Shown here: positions 55,488 to 64,000 of the stretch, one piece after another
Layout of the letters: each line of letters begins with the position of its first letter
How positions within the stretch are numbered: position 1 is the stretch's first letter
Source of the DNA: a virus
IMG/VR virus record: IMGVR_UViG_3300017917_002108
Location: 64,001-128,000 of that record
Length of the DNA stretch: 64,000 bases
Strand: one strand, 5' to 3'
Notes under the pieces: model-generated
The model's database searches: none
The model's input: only the letters and a program-made list of their open reading frames with translations
Told to the model about the DNA's origin: nothing
Position numbers and translations under genes: made by a program

Positions 55488-58400
55488 TTATTCTGGTAAT
55501 TCTGTTGTCTTAGCCGCTATGAATCTTGCGATAGGCGTATCGTTAGACAACAAACTTATTCCTTTGCTGGCAGTAACTTGGCCTCTTTCGTACCAAATTC
55601 TTCCTACTTTCCTTACGATTGTTATTCTAGTTCCGGCTGCAACTTTTTCTGTTAACCTAATATACGGAGTAAGTCCGTCGACTGAAAATTCAGCTTCTTC
55701 TATAGTATCTGATGTTGGACTGGTAGCTCCTAGTGTTTGGTCATACAAGCTGACAGAATTCTTTCTTAATCTACGGCCGCCTACAAATACTTCTATCTCA
55801 TCGCAGCAGTAATAATTATTAGGAATAGAATTTCGAATCCATCCAGATCTGTTAGAATTTTTAGGGGTATAATCTAACGGACCAATGATAAGACTACTAC
55901 CATCACTGACGAAATCTGTTTTCTCTTGAGATTCTAAATATGGAAGTGTTTCGTCTGCTCCAACACTTACCACATAACTATCTTTAGCATGAGATTCTTT
56001 AATTGAAGTTCCCAGACATCCTCTTCTTAATTGGCTAACAATATTACCTTGGATCACAAAATATTCTATTCTTTCATTGTTAATAATCACAACACCTGGA
56101 ATATTTCTCAATTGGTCAGGTATCGATAGAGTGCTGGTATCAGTTAATTCCATTGAAGTATCATAATATTTCAATTCCTTGGCCAATAAAATTTGATTAG
56201 ATTTTGAATATCTCTTATAATGGTAATTATTCAACATATCCTTATGAATTTCAAAAGCTCTGGGAGATTCGTATACAATATTACCGAATTCGATAATCTT
56301 GATTTTATCGTTGACTGATGTTTCGTCATTTAGATACACTATAGATCTAGCAGGATCAAGATAATAATCTCTGTCTCTTGTGAGACGATAACCATTTTTA
56401 TAGACCCACAGATAATTTACATCAACAGGAGTTCTAGCTAATTTATAATTGATTTGACCTCCTGCGAATTCGTCGGAAATCAAATTCATAGTAGGATACT
56501 CGGAGAACCAAGTAACAATTATTTCATCTGTTTGATTTAATACTAAAGACGGACTGAATAGTAGATTGTAATTATCAACAAAGTATTCTGCTCTGGTATC
56601 AGTGGTTATTCTAATGATATCACCAATTTCTAAATTACTCTGAGGAACATTGATTAAGTTTAGATTACCATTATAGGTATAATCTATAACGAATCTCTGT
56701 AGAACATTATTAATATAAACCTTAATAGAGCCAGACACGATAGTACCTATAGCTTCATTAGGATCAACACCTACTTCGATATTATTATTTGTTCCATCGT
56801 ACACCACATATGTTGTATCGACACCAACTAAAACTCTACCATTGATTTCTACAATGATATTAGAAACTGCCGAAGCTTTAGATAAAACTACGAACCTGTC
56901 TAAGTCATAAGACCTAGAACTACCGTCATAAACAATCACTTGCTTGTTGATTCGAGTAAACGGCACATTAGTAGAATCGGTTTCTTCAGAAGCTCCAAAA
57001 CAAATTATCTTAACAACTTTTCTAAATTCAGGAGCAGTTCCAAATTGCACTATTGTCTTATCCTTAGTCTCAATAAAATCAGTGCTATCGGCGAATCCGA
57101 CATTTATAATTTCACCATCAACAGTGACTAATACCGATGATGTTTGATTGTATAAGGCCTTAGTTAGGAATAAATTCGTAGTACCGTCGGCAACGAACTC
57201 TTGATAATCTAAAAGTTGTATACCTCCAATTCCTATAGAAATAATCTCAACTATTGACCCCAATGCTGGTGCAACATTAAATTCTACGGTATTTGTGATA
57301 AAATTAATTGAATAATTTATAGAGCTATCGCCTGTGTATTCTTGTTTTATTTTATCAATATAAACCATTACAGAACTAGCTTCAAAAATCGTCAATCCGA
57401 TATCGTATGTTAAAGTATGACCATCTCCTATAACCACTTTGTTTTGTATTGCAGATGCTCCTGGACTAGTTAACGTAAAGACCTTGAAGCTTAGACTGTC
57501 TAATACTTGACCAGGAAGATTTTCTTCTGGAGCAGGAACATTATCCGGTGTTATAAATTTATCACCGTCAATTACAATCTCTTCCGGAGTCAGTCCAGCT
57601 GCTGTTACGTATGCTCCACCAATTGCTGCAAGACTGCCTCCACTGATTCTAGTATCTAGTAAGTTCACGTCAGTAATTGTTACCGATCCATCACTGTCTA
57701 ATTTTCTAAAAATCAGTGTATCACCCGGATTGGTGCTGATATAATCATGTATTTCTACAATATTAGTAGAACCGTCGCCGACAAAAGTCGGTAGCAGAGC
57801 ATTATTAGGTGCTAGAGTTCTTCCATTGGGCTGTGGCGTTGAACCGTCATATGCTAAGAAATACGGATCATCTACTCTTATAGGTCGATTTTCATTGACT
57901 CTTCTCAAATATATAGATATAGGTTGATTATTTTCTGGAACATAAGGCAAGACCACAAATGTAGTACTACCATCGGCTACATAATAAAAATCAGAATTAC
58001 TCTCAACACTGTCCCAGTTATCGGTAAACCACGGTAAGGCGTCCCATCCTCCTGTTACATCAAAGGTTGTTCCTTGAACTTGCACTCCTCCGTAATCTAT
58101 TCCGGTCATGAGTTGATTGATTTCTTTACCCAGCATACCAGCAGTTGGTTGATAATATTTTTCAATTCTATTAACACTATCTAATAACTGATCATTCTTA
58201 TCATATTCGATGACTATGATATCGCCTGCTATTGGAGCAACAAAAAATCTAACTTTACCTTTTAATACTGTATAACCACTTTCTTTAACTGTATAAAGAT
58301 TTATTTCATATTCGTTAGGTAAAACTAATTGATTATTTTTTACTATATGGATCTTAGTTTTATCTGTGCTAGGCGGATAGTTTAAATTAAACATTGCACT

Positions 58401-61400
58401 ATATCCTGTAGCAGTAAAAGTTTGTGTATTTGTAAAACTATTATATAGACCCTGTTTCGCTATTCTATCAAATTTTATCCCTAGATCAAAACTTCTTATC
58501 TTAGTGTTACCTAATATAGCAACAGCATTGGCAATATCTGTATTGGTTCCGTTACCCCCGACAAGAGATATTGACGGCGTTTTTGTATAACCGTATCCTT
58601 GATTGTCTACTCTGATTCCAGATACTCGTCCACTAGATATAAAAGCTGTAGCAGAAGCTCCGATACCGTTACCTTCTATAAGAACTATAGGAGGAGTTTT
58701 ATATCCCGAACCTGGATTGTTTATCTGGATATCGACGATTGAGAAACCGTTGTTCTCTGCCCAGGATTTCCAAGGATATTCATCAAATCTATTATAAGTT
58801 GAACCAACTGGCAATATTTTTCCGTCTCTAACTGACCAAGCGGCAGGAAGATCAAAATCTGTTAGGGCCGAACCATAATTGTTTTTATCAGTATATCTTG
58901 ATGTATATTCTCTGACCGTGGTCCTATATGGTTTGACTTCGTCTATGTAATTTCTGAATTGATCTAAATTATCATTTTTATAATTAGGACGTTGATCTAA
59001 ATCGCCAACATTATGTATTGCATTTAAAAAGCTGGTCTTAAATGCCCAATCTATATATTGTTGTTCTGAGTAAGCATATTTTATCGAACTAAAGAATAAT
59101 TTATTCCATTCTACACTTAGATCATCAACAAAAATGTCTTCTTTTGCTGCTTTGAGAATCATTCGTAATTCTTTGATAGGTTGTAGATCATATAATACAG
59201 AATCATAAGATCCTATATTGTCATATCCTAAAGACGCTGTAACCGCATTGTATAAAGATTCTTTAATACTGATAGTTCCATTTTGTCTACCTATCAAATT
59301 ATAGTTGTTTAGAATAGACCCCATGCCGGTTTCAGTTCTTTCTAAGACTGCCCATCCGCCGCTGCCAAATTCTTTGATTCTTAATAGAGATCCTTGTGTT
59401 ATAGTAATTGATGGTTCTTGGTACAGATAATTAATTTCTTTGAATATTTTAGATTTTTCATCAAATCCGGTTGCCCACCAATCAGTATATTCCCAATACA
59501 AGCTGGTATTATAACCTTGAGATTTTCTTCTGTAGAATATTTTTCTCAATTGGTCCCAACCGTATAAGCTCCAGAAATTCTTATCTGTAGAATCTGTTCT
59601 AACTAACACTGAGAAAGGTCTTATTTTCACTATAGCAGTAGTGTATTTTCTACCTTTTGTCAAGACTGTACAAGTTGCCACACGACCTTGGGTATCTAAA
59701 GTCACGGCGGCCTTTGCGCCAGTGCCGGTGCCTTCAATTTCTATAAACGGCACTGTTCTATATCCGAATCCAGAATCAATAATATCTATAGTGTCAATTT
59801 GACCATTGATGATATTAGCTCTGAATTCTGCTTTTCTAATCTTAGCTGTCCCTACCTGTTCTAGATCGATATATTCATCTACAGCAATATCATATTCGTT
59901 GAGCTCTTCGCTAGGCAACGGATCTACACTATTAAGATTTTCAAAATTAATTAAATCAGTAAAGGGTCTGGTTTTTAATATACTGTTAATGTTATCAATT
60001 ACAATCTTAAGTGCTTTGTTTCTATTAACAAACATAGTTTGTCTAGGTCTAAAACCAAGTCCATATCTTTGGTTACTTGACAAACTGAAATCTGGTACGG
60101 TATTACCTGCCTGATCAAAACCCACAAGACTGTCTAACCACTTTCTCTCAAGGGTATCAGCAGGCAACGAATCCGCAACTCCTTCGGTCAATAATTGATA
60201 TTCTCTGTGTACAGGATTTAGATTTAATTTGGCTAAATTGTATTCGATATTAATTCTTGCGGTATCGCTGTTTAGAATTGTTTTGAAATTATAGAAAGCG
60301 AACTTATCAGAATCTAGAATTGCTACAAAAGGAATCCCTGTTCCGATAGGATTATTAATATAGGAATTTATAGATGCAGTAGATAATCTTCTATTCGCAG
60401 CATCGGGCAATGTAGTTTTATTTTTCACCCAATAATAATATAATGTTCCTGTAGGATTTCCTGTTGAAGGATTGACCAGCACCTTGGTGTTATATACTGT
60501 GTCATCGGCATTTTTTGGTTGCCCAGAAATTCCTTCGGCGAGTCCTTCAACAGTATCAGCTAGAATACTCCATTCTGATGGTAACAGAGGAGTCTCTACC
60601 CATTCATAAACATCAATGCTGGAACCCGTTGCCTGATTATTCCAGTTTCCTATTCTATAGCTTAGATCGTCTTGTTCATAATTAATAAACTTTACGGTAC
60701 TTAGATTCCACCATACTTCACCTACTTGATCCTCAAACCATGCTTGAGATTCATCTACCGTAACTGTATCATCACCTAGCATATAAATGGCAGGATCATA
60801 GATTGTTTTGTATTTTATATCTTGGTCGGCAATCGACAAAGTTTTTAATTTATAATGATCTACAATATCTAAATCAGCTAATTTAATATTTTTCTTATCA
60901 TCATAAATTTCTATATTCTTGATAGAATCTATATCAACCTGCTGTGCTTGTTGTCTAATAACAGCAAGACTGTTTACTGCTGAATCTTTTTTAAATAGTC
61001 GAACCATCCCAACTTCTATATTATTAACTTTATATGTTGGGGAACCAACTACGATAGTAGAGCTTGTACAATCGACCGAATTACCAAAAGATTCGAAAGA
61101 AACAAAATCAGCTTCTAGTTTTTCGGCTAACAAGTAACCTTGATCTTTTCTTTCAAACACGTACACCTGTCCAGGATATCCCAATTTAGTACTGTAGGTA
61201 GTGCGTCTACTATCAAATGTACTGGTGCCAGAATCGAATGTTGTTAATAAATCATAACCAGAATTTTTTGCTCCGACAACTATTCTTTCAGTGGCCGCAC
61301 TAATCGACACGCTAGATCCAAAATACTCATTGGTATAATTTTCAAAACTCTCAAGTTTCTGTACTAGTCTGAACTGGGATTCGGTAGAACTATTTTTCCT

Positions 61401-64000
61401 AAATATATATACTGCGCCCTGATTTTGTTTTATAATGTCTGCAAGAGGGCTACTTACAATAATGGTGGTTCCCGAAGCATCTATGTCTACAGAATATCCG
61501 AACTGATCGCCCGAACTTATTTCAGCCGAAGTAACAGTGCTATCATTTATTTCATCTAAATTAGAAGCAGCTATTGTCTGTGTAAGTTCGTAAACACCAT
61601 AGATATTTTTTTGATATATGAATACCTTTCCTGTATTAGTTACAGAACTATCTCCTATATTACTCCAAGGTTCTCCATCATCAGGTTTTTCGTTCAAACT
61701 GGTGCTGGTTGAGCCGTCATTGAGATTAAGATCTAAAAGTATATGATATCCGGATTGATACTTGACAACATCGCCGGCAAGGTACTCTTGATAAGGACTC
61801 CAAATTCCTTTGTAATTTGCAAAATATTGTGCATCGCCATTTGGAATTCCTACCACTAGTATTGAACTGTCTCTAGACATAGCTAGGCTATGACCGAACT
61901 GATCGCCGTCTTTGATTAATTCTGCAAGCTGTGATTGATCTAACAATCCCAAGGCCAATGTTGATCCATCGTCATCTAAGGCAACACTGCTTGGTAAAGA
62001 ATTGTTAGTGGCTATTGGATCTAATTTGATCCAGTCAACTGTAGACAGTGTAAGAGAACTTCCGTCATAGACATTATCCGATAATGCTTTCCAGAGACTG
62101 CCATCAGACCATACTATACTGCCCTCGGGATATTCAGTATAAGGTGACAGGATAGGATCATAAGGTCCGTATATGCCCAGATACTTGGTGCTTTCGTAGT
62201 GCTTCCATTTTGTACCATCAAATTCGTATAGATAGACTCTTCCTTTGCCTGTACTAGAACCAATTTGGACATCGCACAATGATCCTTTTGCAGCCACTGC
62301 CATGACATAGCCCGATTCGGATATCGATATGGTAATAGAGCTGCCAAATAGTTCGTAGGTTCTAGGTCTAGGACTTACAATGTTGGTTTGATTTTCCCAT
62401 TGCCCGTTGACAAATTTATAAAGAGATATCATACCTTGGTTAACATAACCTGTTCCCAATCCAACTGCGGATGCTTCTACTAATGTAGCAGGTTGCCAAT
62501 CTTCGGTTGTGAAATTAATGGTACTGCCGTCTCCGGCGGAAACATTGTTTACCGCTTCCCACAATTTTCCTTTGTGTAAGACAATATCTCCTGCCAAATA
62601 ACTAGAAGTAGAAAGTTCTCCTCTAAATTTACTAGGTACTGCACTGGCCATAGGAGTTCCTATAGCTAACCATATACCATCAGGAGATACTGCTAATGTT
62701 TCCCCGAAGACACCGTTCACTGCTGTTTCAAAACCATCTGCAGGAGGTATGATTTGTGTTAACAATAAAGAACCATTTATGCTAGATCTATCAGAATATA
62801 CCATCACAAATTCTGATGCAGGTATACTGGTAATTACATGCTTTCTCTGTTCTACGTATATTACGGTAGATCCTAAATTAATCGGAGCTGTTATTCCATA
62901 ATCTTTGAGTTCATGAGATTTATACTGTTTGGTTTTTTCAATAACTTCCCATTGTTCGCTACCGTTATTATTGATCCATAGTCTAGCACCTTGTTGCAAC
63001 ATGGCCAATGTCTGAGGATCAACGCTTGAATAATCATCAAACTTGGCTTCTGTGAATAGACCAATAATTGCATGAGTACTGTCCTCTATAACAGGATCAT
63101 CTGATGAAGTAGGAGTTACTGTAAAGGTAGTGAGTGTCACTGCAGAAATTTTAAAGAATCCTGTGAGATTTAAAACTTTAGTGATGCCGATGATGTCATC
63201 TACGGCCAGACCATGAGATCTATTCGTGGTAACAACAACCACCGAATCGACCTTTTCTACAGCTACTATTCTTAATGACAATTCTTCGTTGTACCTTAAA
63301 ACTGTCCAAGAATAATTATTAAATGTTATCCATATGTGAGAATTGTCATCGACTTGACTGATGTCTATATCAAGAATACCATCTTTATTATAAACAATAA
63401 AATCGACATCGGACGTATGAACGAATCCAGCTGATCGAGAATTTCCTGTATAAAAACTAATAGGATTTATATCAGTAGTAAAAGTTCTCGGTCTTATAGT
63501 AAACATCGACGAATCTATTCTTAGATTCTGGTCAACTATAACATTGCTCTTAGACGATGTGATAATCACAGGCTGAGGATTGATAACTAAAGAATCTTTG
63601 GTGATAGAAAATTCAATTTCTTTTATCTGTTCGGTGCCGCCAAACTCACCTATCTTAAAGGCCCATTCTTCGTTTAGAACAACACTATCGTCGGTGCTTC
63701 TGCTGAGCTTATCAAATACCTTAACGATCGAATTAGCTGTGCCTTTTTCTCTTATGAATCCTTGATAAAGTCTAAATTGACTTACATCGTCTTCGGCCAA
63801 TGCCTGTAGATATTCTCTGGGTTGATATCCGATAGCATGTCTAGCTAGATCTCTTTGACTAGATCCCACACCGTCTGCTTCAACTTCGTAATAATCATTA
63901 AATTGATTTATTCTATAATCGAAATTAGCTACTAATCCCTTGGTAGGCACTGAGTCTAGTTTTGACCATTTGGTTTCGTCAATGTTTTCGACACCTAATT
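55488..64000 (-). CDS. giant baseplate wedge-like structural protein (5' end outside the window, >2830 aa)
   Basis: Frame stays open to the window edge; FG-GAP-like propeller repeats (FG.S....G.P), Y..GD.V...G..W carbohydrate-binding-like repeats, GSGY..P repeats, VKPYRT motif. Confidence 0.75.
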   Translation of the reverse strand, partial: LGVENIDETKWSKLDSVPTKGLVANFDYRINQFNDYYEVEADGVGSSQRDLARHAIGYQPREYLQALAEDDVSQFRLYQGFIREKGTANSIVKVFDKLSRSTDDSVVLNEEWAFKIGEFGGTEQIKEIEFSITKDSLVINPQPVIITSSKSNVIVDQNLRIDSSMFTIRPRTFTTDINPISFYTGNSRSAGFVHTSDVDFIVYNKDGILDIDISQVDDNSHIWITFNNYSWTVLRYNEELSLRIVAVEKVDSVVVVTTNRSHGLAVDDIIGITKVLNLTGFFKISAVTLTTFTVTPTSSDDPVIEDSTHAIIGLFTEAKFDDYSSVDPQTLAMLQQGARLWINNNGSEQWEVIEKTKQYKSHELKDYGITAPINLGSTVIYVEQRKHVITSIPASEFVMVYSDRSSINGSLLLTQIIPPADGFETAVNGVFGETLAVSPDGIWLAIGTPMASAVPSKFRGELSTSSYLAGDIVLHKGKLWEAVNNVSAGDGSTINFTTEDWQPATLVEASAVGLGTGYVNQGMISLYKFVNGQWENQTNIVSPRPRTYELFGSSITISISESGYVMAVAAKGSLCDVQIGSSTGKGRVYLYEFDGTKWKHYESTKYLGIYGPYDPILSPYTEYPEGSIVWSDGSLWKALSDNVYDGSSLTLSTVDWIKLDPIATNNSLPSSVALDDDGSTLALGLLDQSQLAELIKDGDQFGHSLAMSRDSSILVVGIPNGDAQYFANYKGIWSPYQEYLAGDVVKYQSGYHILLDLNLNDGSTSTSLNEKPDDGEPWSNIGDSSVTNTGKVFIYQKNIYGVYELTQTIAASNLDEINDSTVTSAEISSGDQFGYSVDIDASGTTIIVSSPLADIIKQNQGAVYIFRKNSSTESQFRLVQKLESFENYTNEYFGSSVSISAATERIVVGAKNSGYDLLTTFDSGTSTFDSRRTTYSTKLGYPGQVYVFERKDQGYLLAEKLEADFVSFESFGNSVDCTSSTIVVGSPTYKVNNIEVGMVRLFKKDSAVNSLAVIRQQAQQVDIDSIKNIEIYDDKKNIKLADLDIVDHYKLKTLSIADQDIKYKTIYDPAIYMLGDDTVTVDESQAWFEDQVGEVWWNLSTVKFINYEQDDLSYRIGNWNNQATGSSIDVYEWVETPLLPSEWSILADTVEGLAEGISGQPKNADDTVYNTKVLVNPSTGNPTGTLYYYWVKNKTTLPDAANRRLSTASINSYINNPIGTGIPFVAILDSDKFAFYNFKTILNSDTARINIEYNLAKLNLNPVHREYQLLTEGVADSLPADTLERKWLDSLVGFDQAGNTVPDFSLSSNQRYGLGFRPRQTMFVNRNKALKIVIDNINSILKTRPFTDLINFENLNSVDPLPSEELNEYDIAVDEYIDLEQVGTAKIRKAEFRANIINGQIDTIDIIDSGFGYRTVPFIEIEGTGTGAKAAVTLDTQGRVATCTVLTKGRKYTTAIVKIRPFSVLVRTDSTDKNFWSLYGWDQLRKIFYRRKSQGYNTSLYWEYTDWWATGFDEKSKIFKEINYLYQEPSITITQGSLLRIKEFGSGGWAVLERTETGMGSILNNYNLIGRQNGTISIKESLYNAVTASLGYDNIGSYDSVLYDLQPIKELRMILKAAKEDIFVDDLSVEWNKLFFSSIKYAYSEQQYIDWAFKTSFLNAIHNVGDLDQRPNYKNDNLDQFRNYIDEVKPYRTTVREYTSRYTDKNNYGSALTDFDLPAAWSVRDGKILPVGSTYNRFDEYPWKSWAENNGFSIVDIQINNPGSGYKTPPIVLIEGNGIGASATAFISSGRVSGIRVDNQGYGYTKTPSISLVGGNGTNTDIANAVAILGNTKIRSFDLGIKFDRIAKQGLYNSFTNTQTFTATGYSAMFNLNYPPSTDKTKIHIVKNNQLVLPNEYEINLYTVKESGYTVLKGKVRFFVAPIAGDIIVIEYDKNDQLLDSVNRIEKYYQPTAGMLGKEINQLMTGIDYGGVQVQGTTFDVTGGWDALPWFTDNWDSVESNSDFYYVADGSTTFVVLPYVPENNQPISIYLRRVNENRPIRVDDPYFLAYDGSTPQPNGRTLAPNNALLPTFVGDGSTNIVEIHDYISTNPGDTLIFRKLDSDGSVTITDVNLLDTRISGGSLAAIGGAYVTAAGLTPEEIVIDGDKFITPDNVPAPEENLPGQVLDSLSFKVFTLTSPGASAIQNKVVIGDGHTLTYDIGLTIFEASSVMVYIDKIKQEYTGDSSINYSINFITNTVEFNVAPALGSIVEIISIGIGGIQLLDYQEFVADGTTNLFLTKALYNQTSSVLVTVDGEIINVGFADSTDFIETKDKTIVQFGTAPEFRKVVKIICFGASEETDSTNVPFTRINKQVIVYDGSSRSYDLDRFVVLSKASAVSNIIVEINGRVLVGVDTTYVVYDGTNNNIEVGVDPNEAIGTIVSGSIKVYINNVLQRFVIDYTYNGNLNLINVPQSNLEIGDIIRITTDTRAEYFVDNYNLLFSPSLVLNQTDEIIVTWFSEYPTMNLISDEFAGGQINYKLARTPVDVNYLWVYKNGYRLTRDRDYYLDPARSIVYLNDETSVNDKIKIIEFGNIVYESPRAFEIHKDMLNNYHYKRYSKSNQILLAKELKYYDTSMELTDTSTLSIPDQLRNIPGVVIINNERIEYFVIQGNIVSQLRRGCLGTSIKESHAKDSYVVSVGADETLPYLESQEKTDFVSDGSSLIIGPLDYTPKNSNRSGWIRNSIPNNYYCCDEIEVFVGGRRLRKNSVSLYDQTLGATSPTSDTIEEAEFSVDGLTPYIRLTEKVAAGTRITIVRKVGRIWYERGQVTASKGISLLSNDTPIARFIAAKTTELPE

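Noticed and set aside
996-63765. Many short antisense or alternate-frame ORFs in the supplied track (e.g. 13993-14481, 24319-24798, 47476-47976)
   Set aside because: They lie wholly within well-supported genes, lack SD/promoter context and have no recognisable motifs; they are shadow ORFs.
1-64000. tRNA/rRNA genes, integrase, transposase, homing endonuclease, or stop-codon reassignment
   Set aside because: Intergenic gaps are short and show no cloverleaf; no such protein motifs were seen; genes are full length in the standard code and TAA, TGA and TAG are all used as stops.
63950-64000. Start of the giant minus-strand gene at 63950 as given in the ORF track
   Set aside because: The frame remains open to the window edge; the GTG at 63950 is internal.

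Overview
This is a 64-kb, AT-rich, gene-dense segment of a large T4-like (myovirus-type, probably jumbo) dsDNA phage read in the standard genetic code. The host is probably Gram-negative, since the phage encodes spanins, a GH19 endolysin and a proteobacterial-type ErpA. Plus strand, left to right: a lysis cassette (1.8-4.5 kb); dnaJ and clpA; a late operon of modular, probably head-packaged and protease-processed proteins carrying erpA (8.5-14.6 kb); family B DNA polymerase and a sliding clamp; a 7-deazaguanine DNA-modification/nucleotide-metabolism region (TGT-fold DpdA-like, QueD-like HRH protein, glycosyltransferase, FolE, MBD4-like glycosylase, cupin, PRTase, HIT, dCMP deaminase, QueE; no QueC seen); T4-type RNase H; and four tandem radical SAM enzymes. 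Minus strand: a partial phoH at the left edge, and at the right a giant baseplate-type protein, four paralogous tail fibre genes and a glycosyltransferase operon that converges on the radical SAM array. Both sigma70-type promoters and T4-late-like TAAATA motifs are visible. The most interesting signals are: (i) a possible pre-replicative or further-decorated 7-deazaguanine pathway; (ii) polyprotein cassette arrays with capsid-targeting-like N-termini, Glu-type cleavage motifs and a 23-bp GC-rich direct repeat bounding a module; (iii) several candidate structured RNA leaders (tandem pseudoknots before polB, a mini-pseudoknot on the folE Shine-Dalgarno (SD) site, SD-occluding hairpins tied to late promoters); (iv) a radical SAM/glycosyltransferase block next to the tail genes. 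All protein calls come from motif recognition by eye; no database searches were run.
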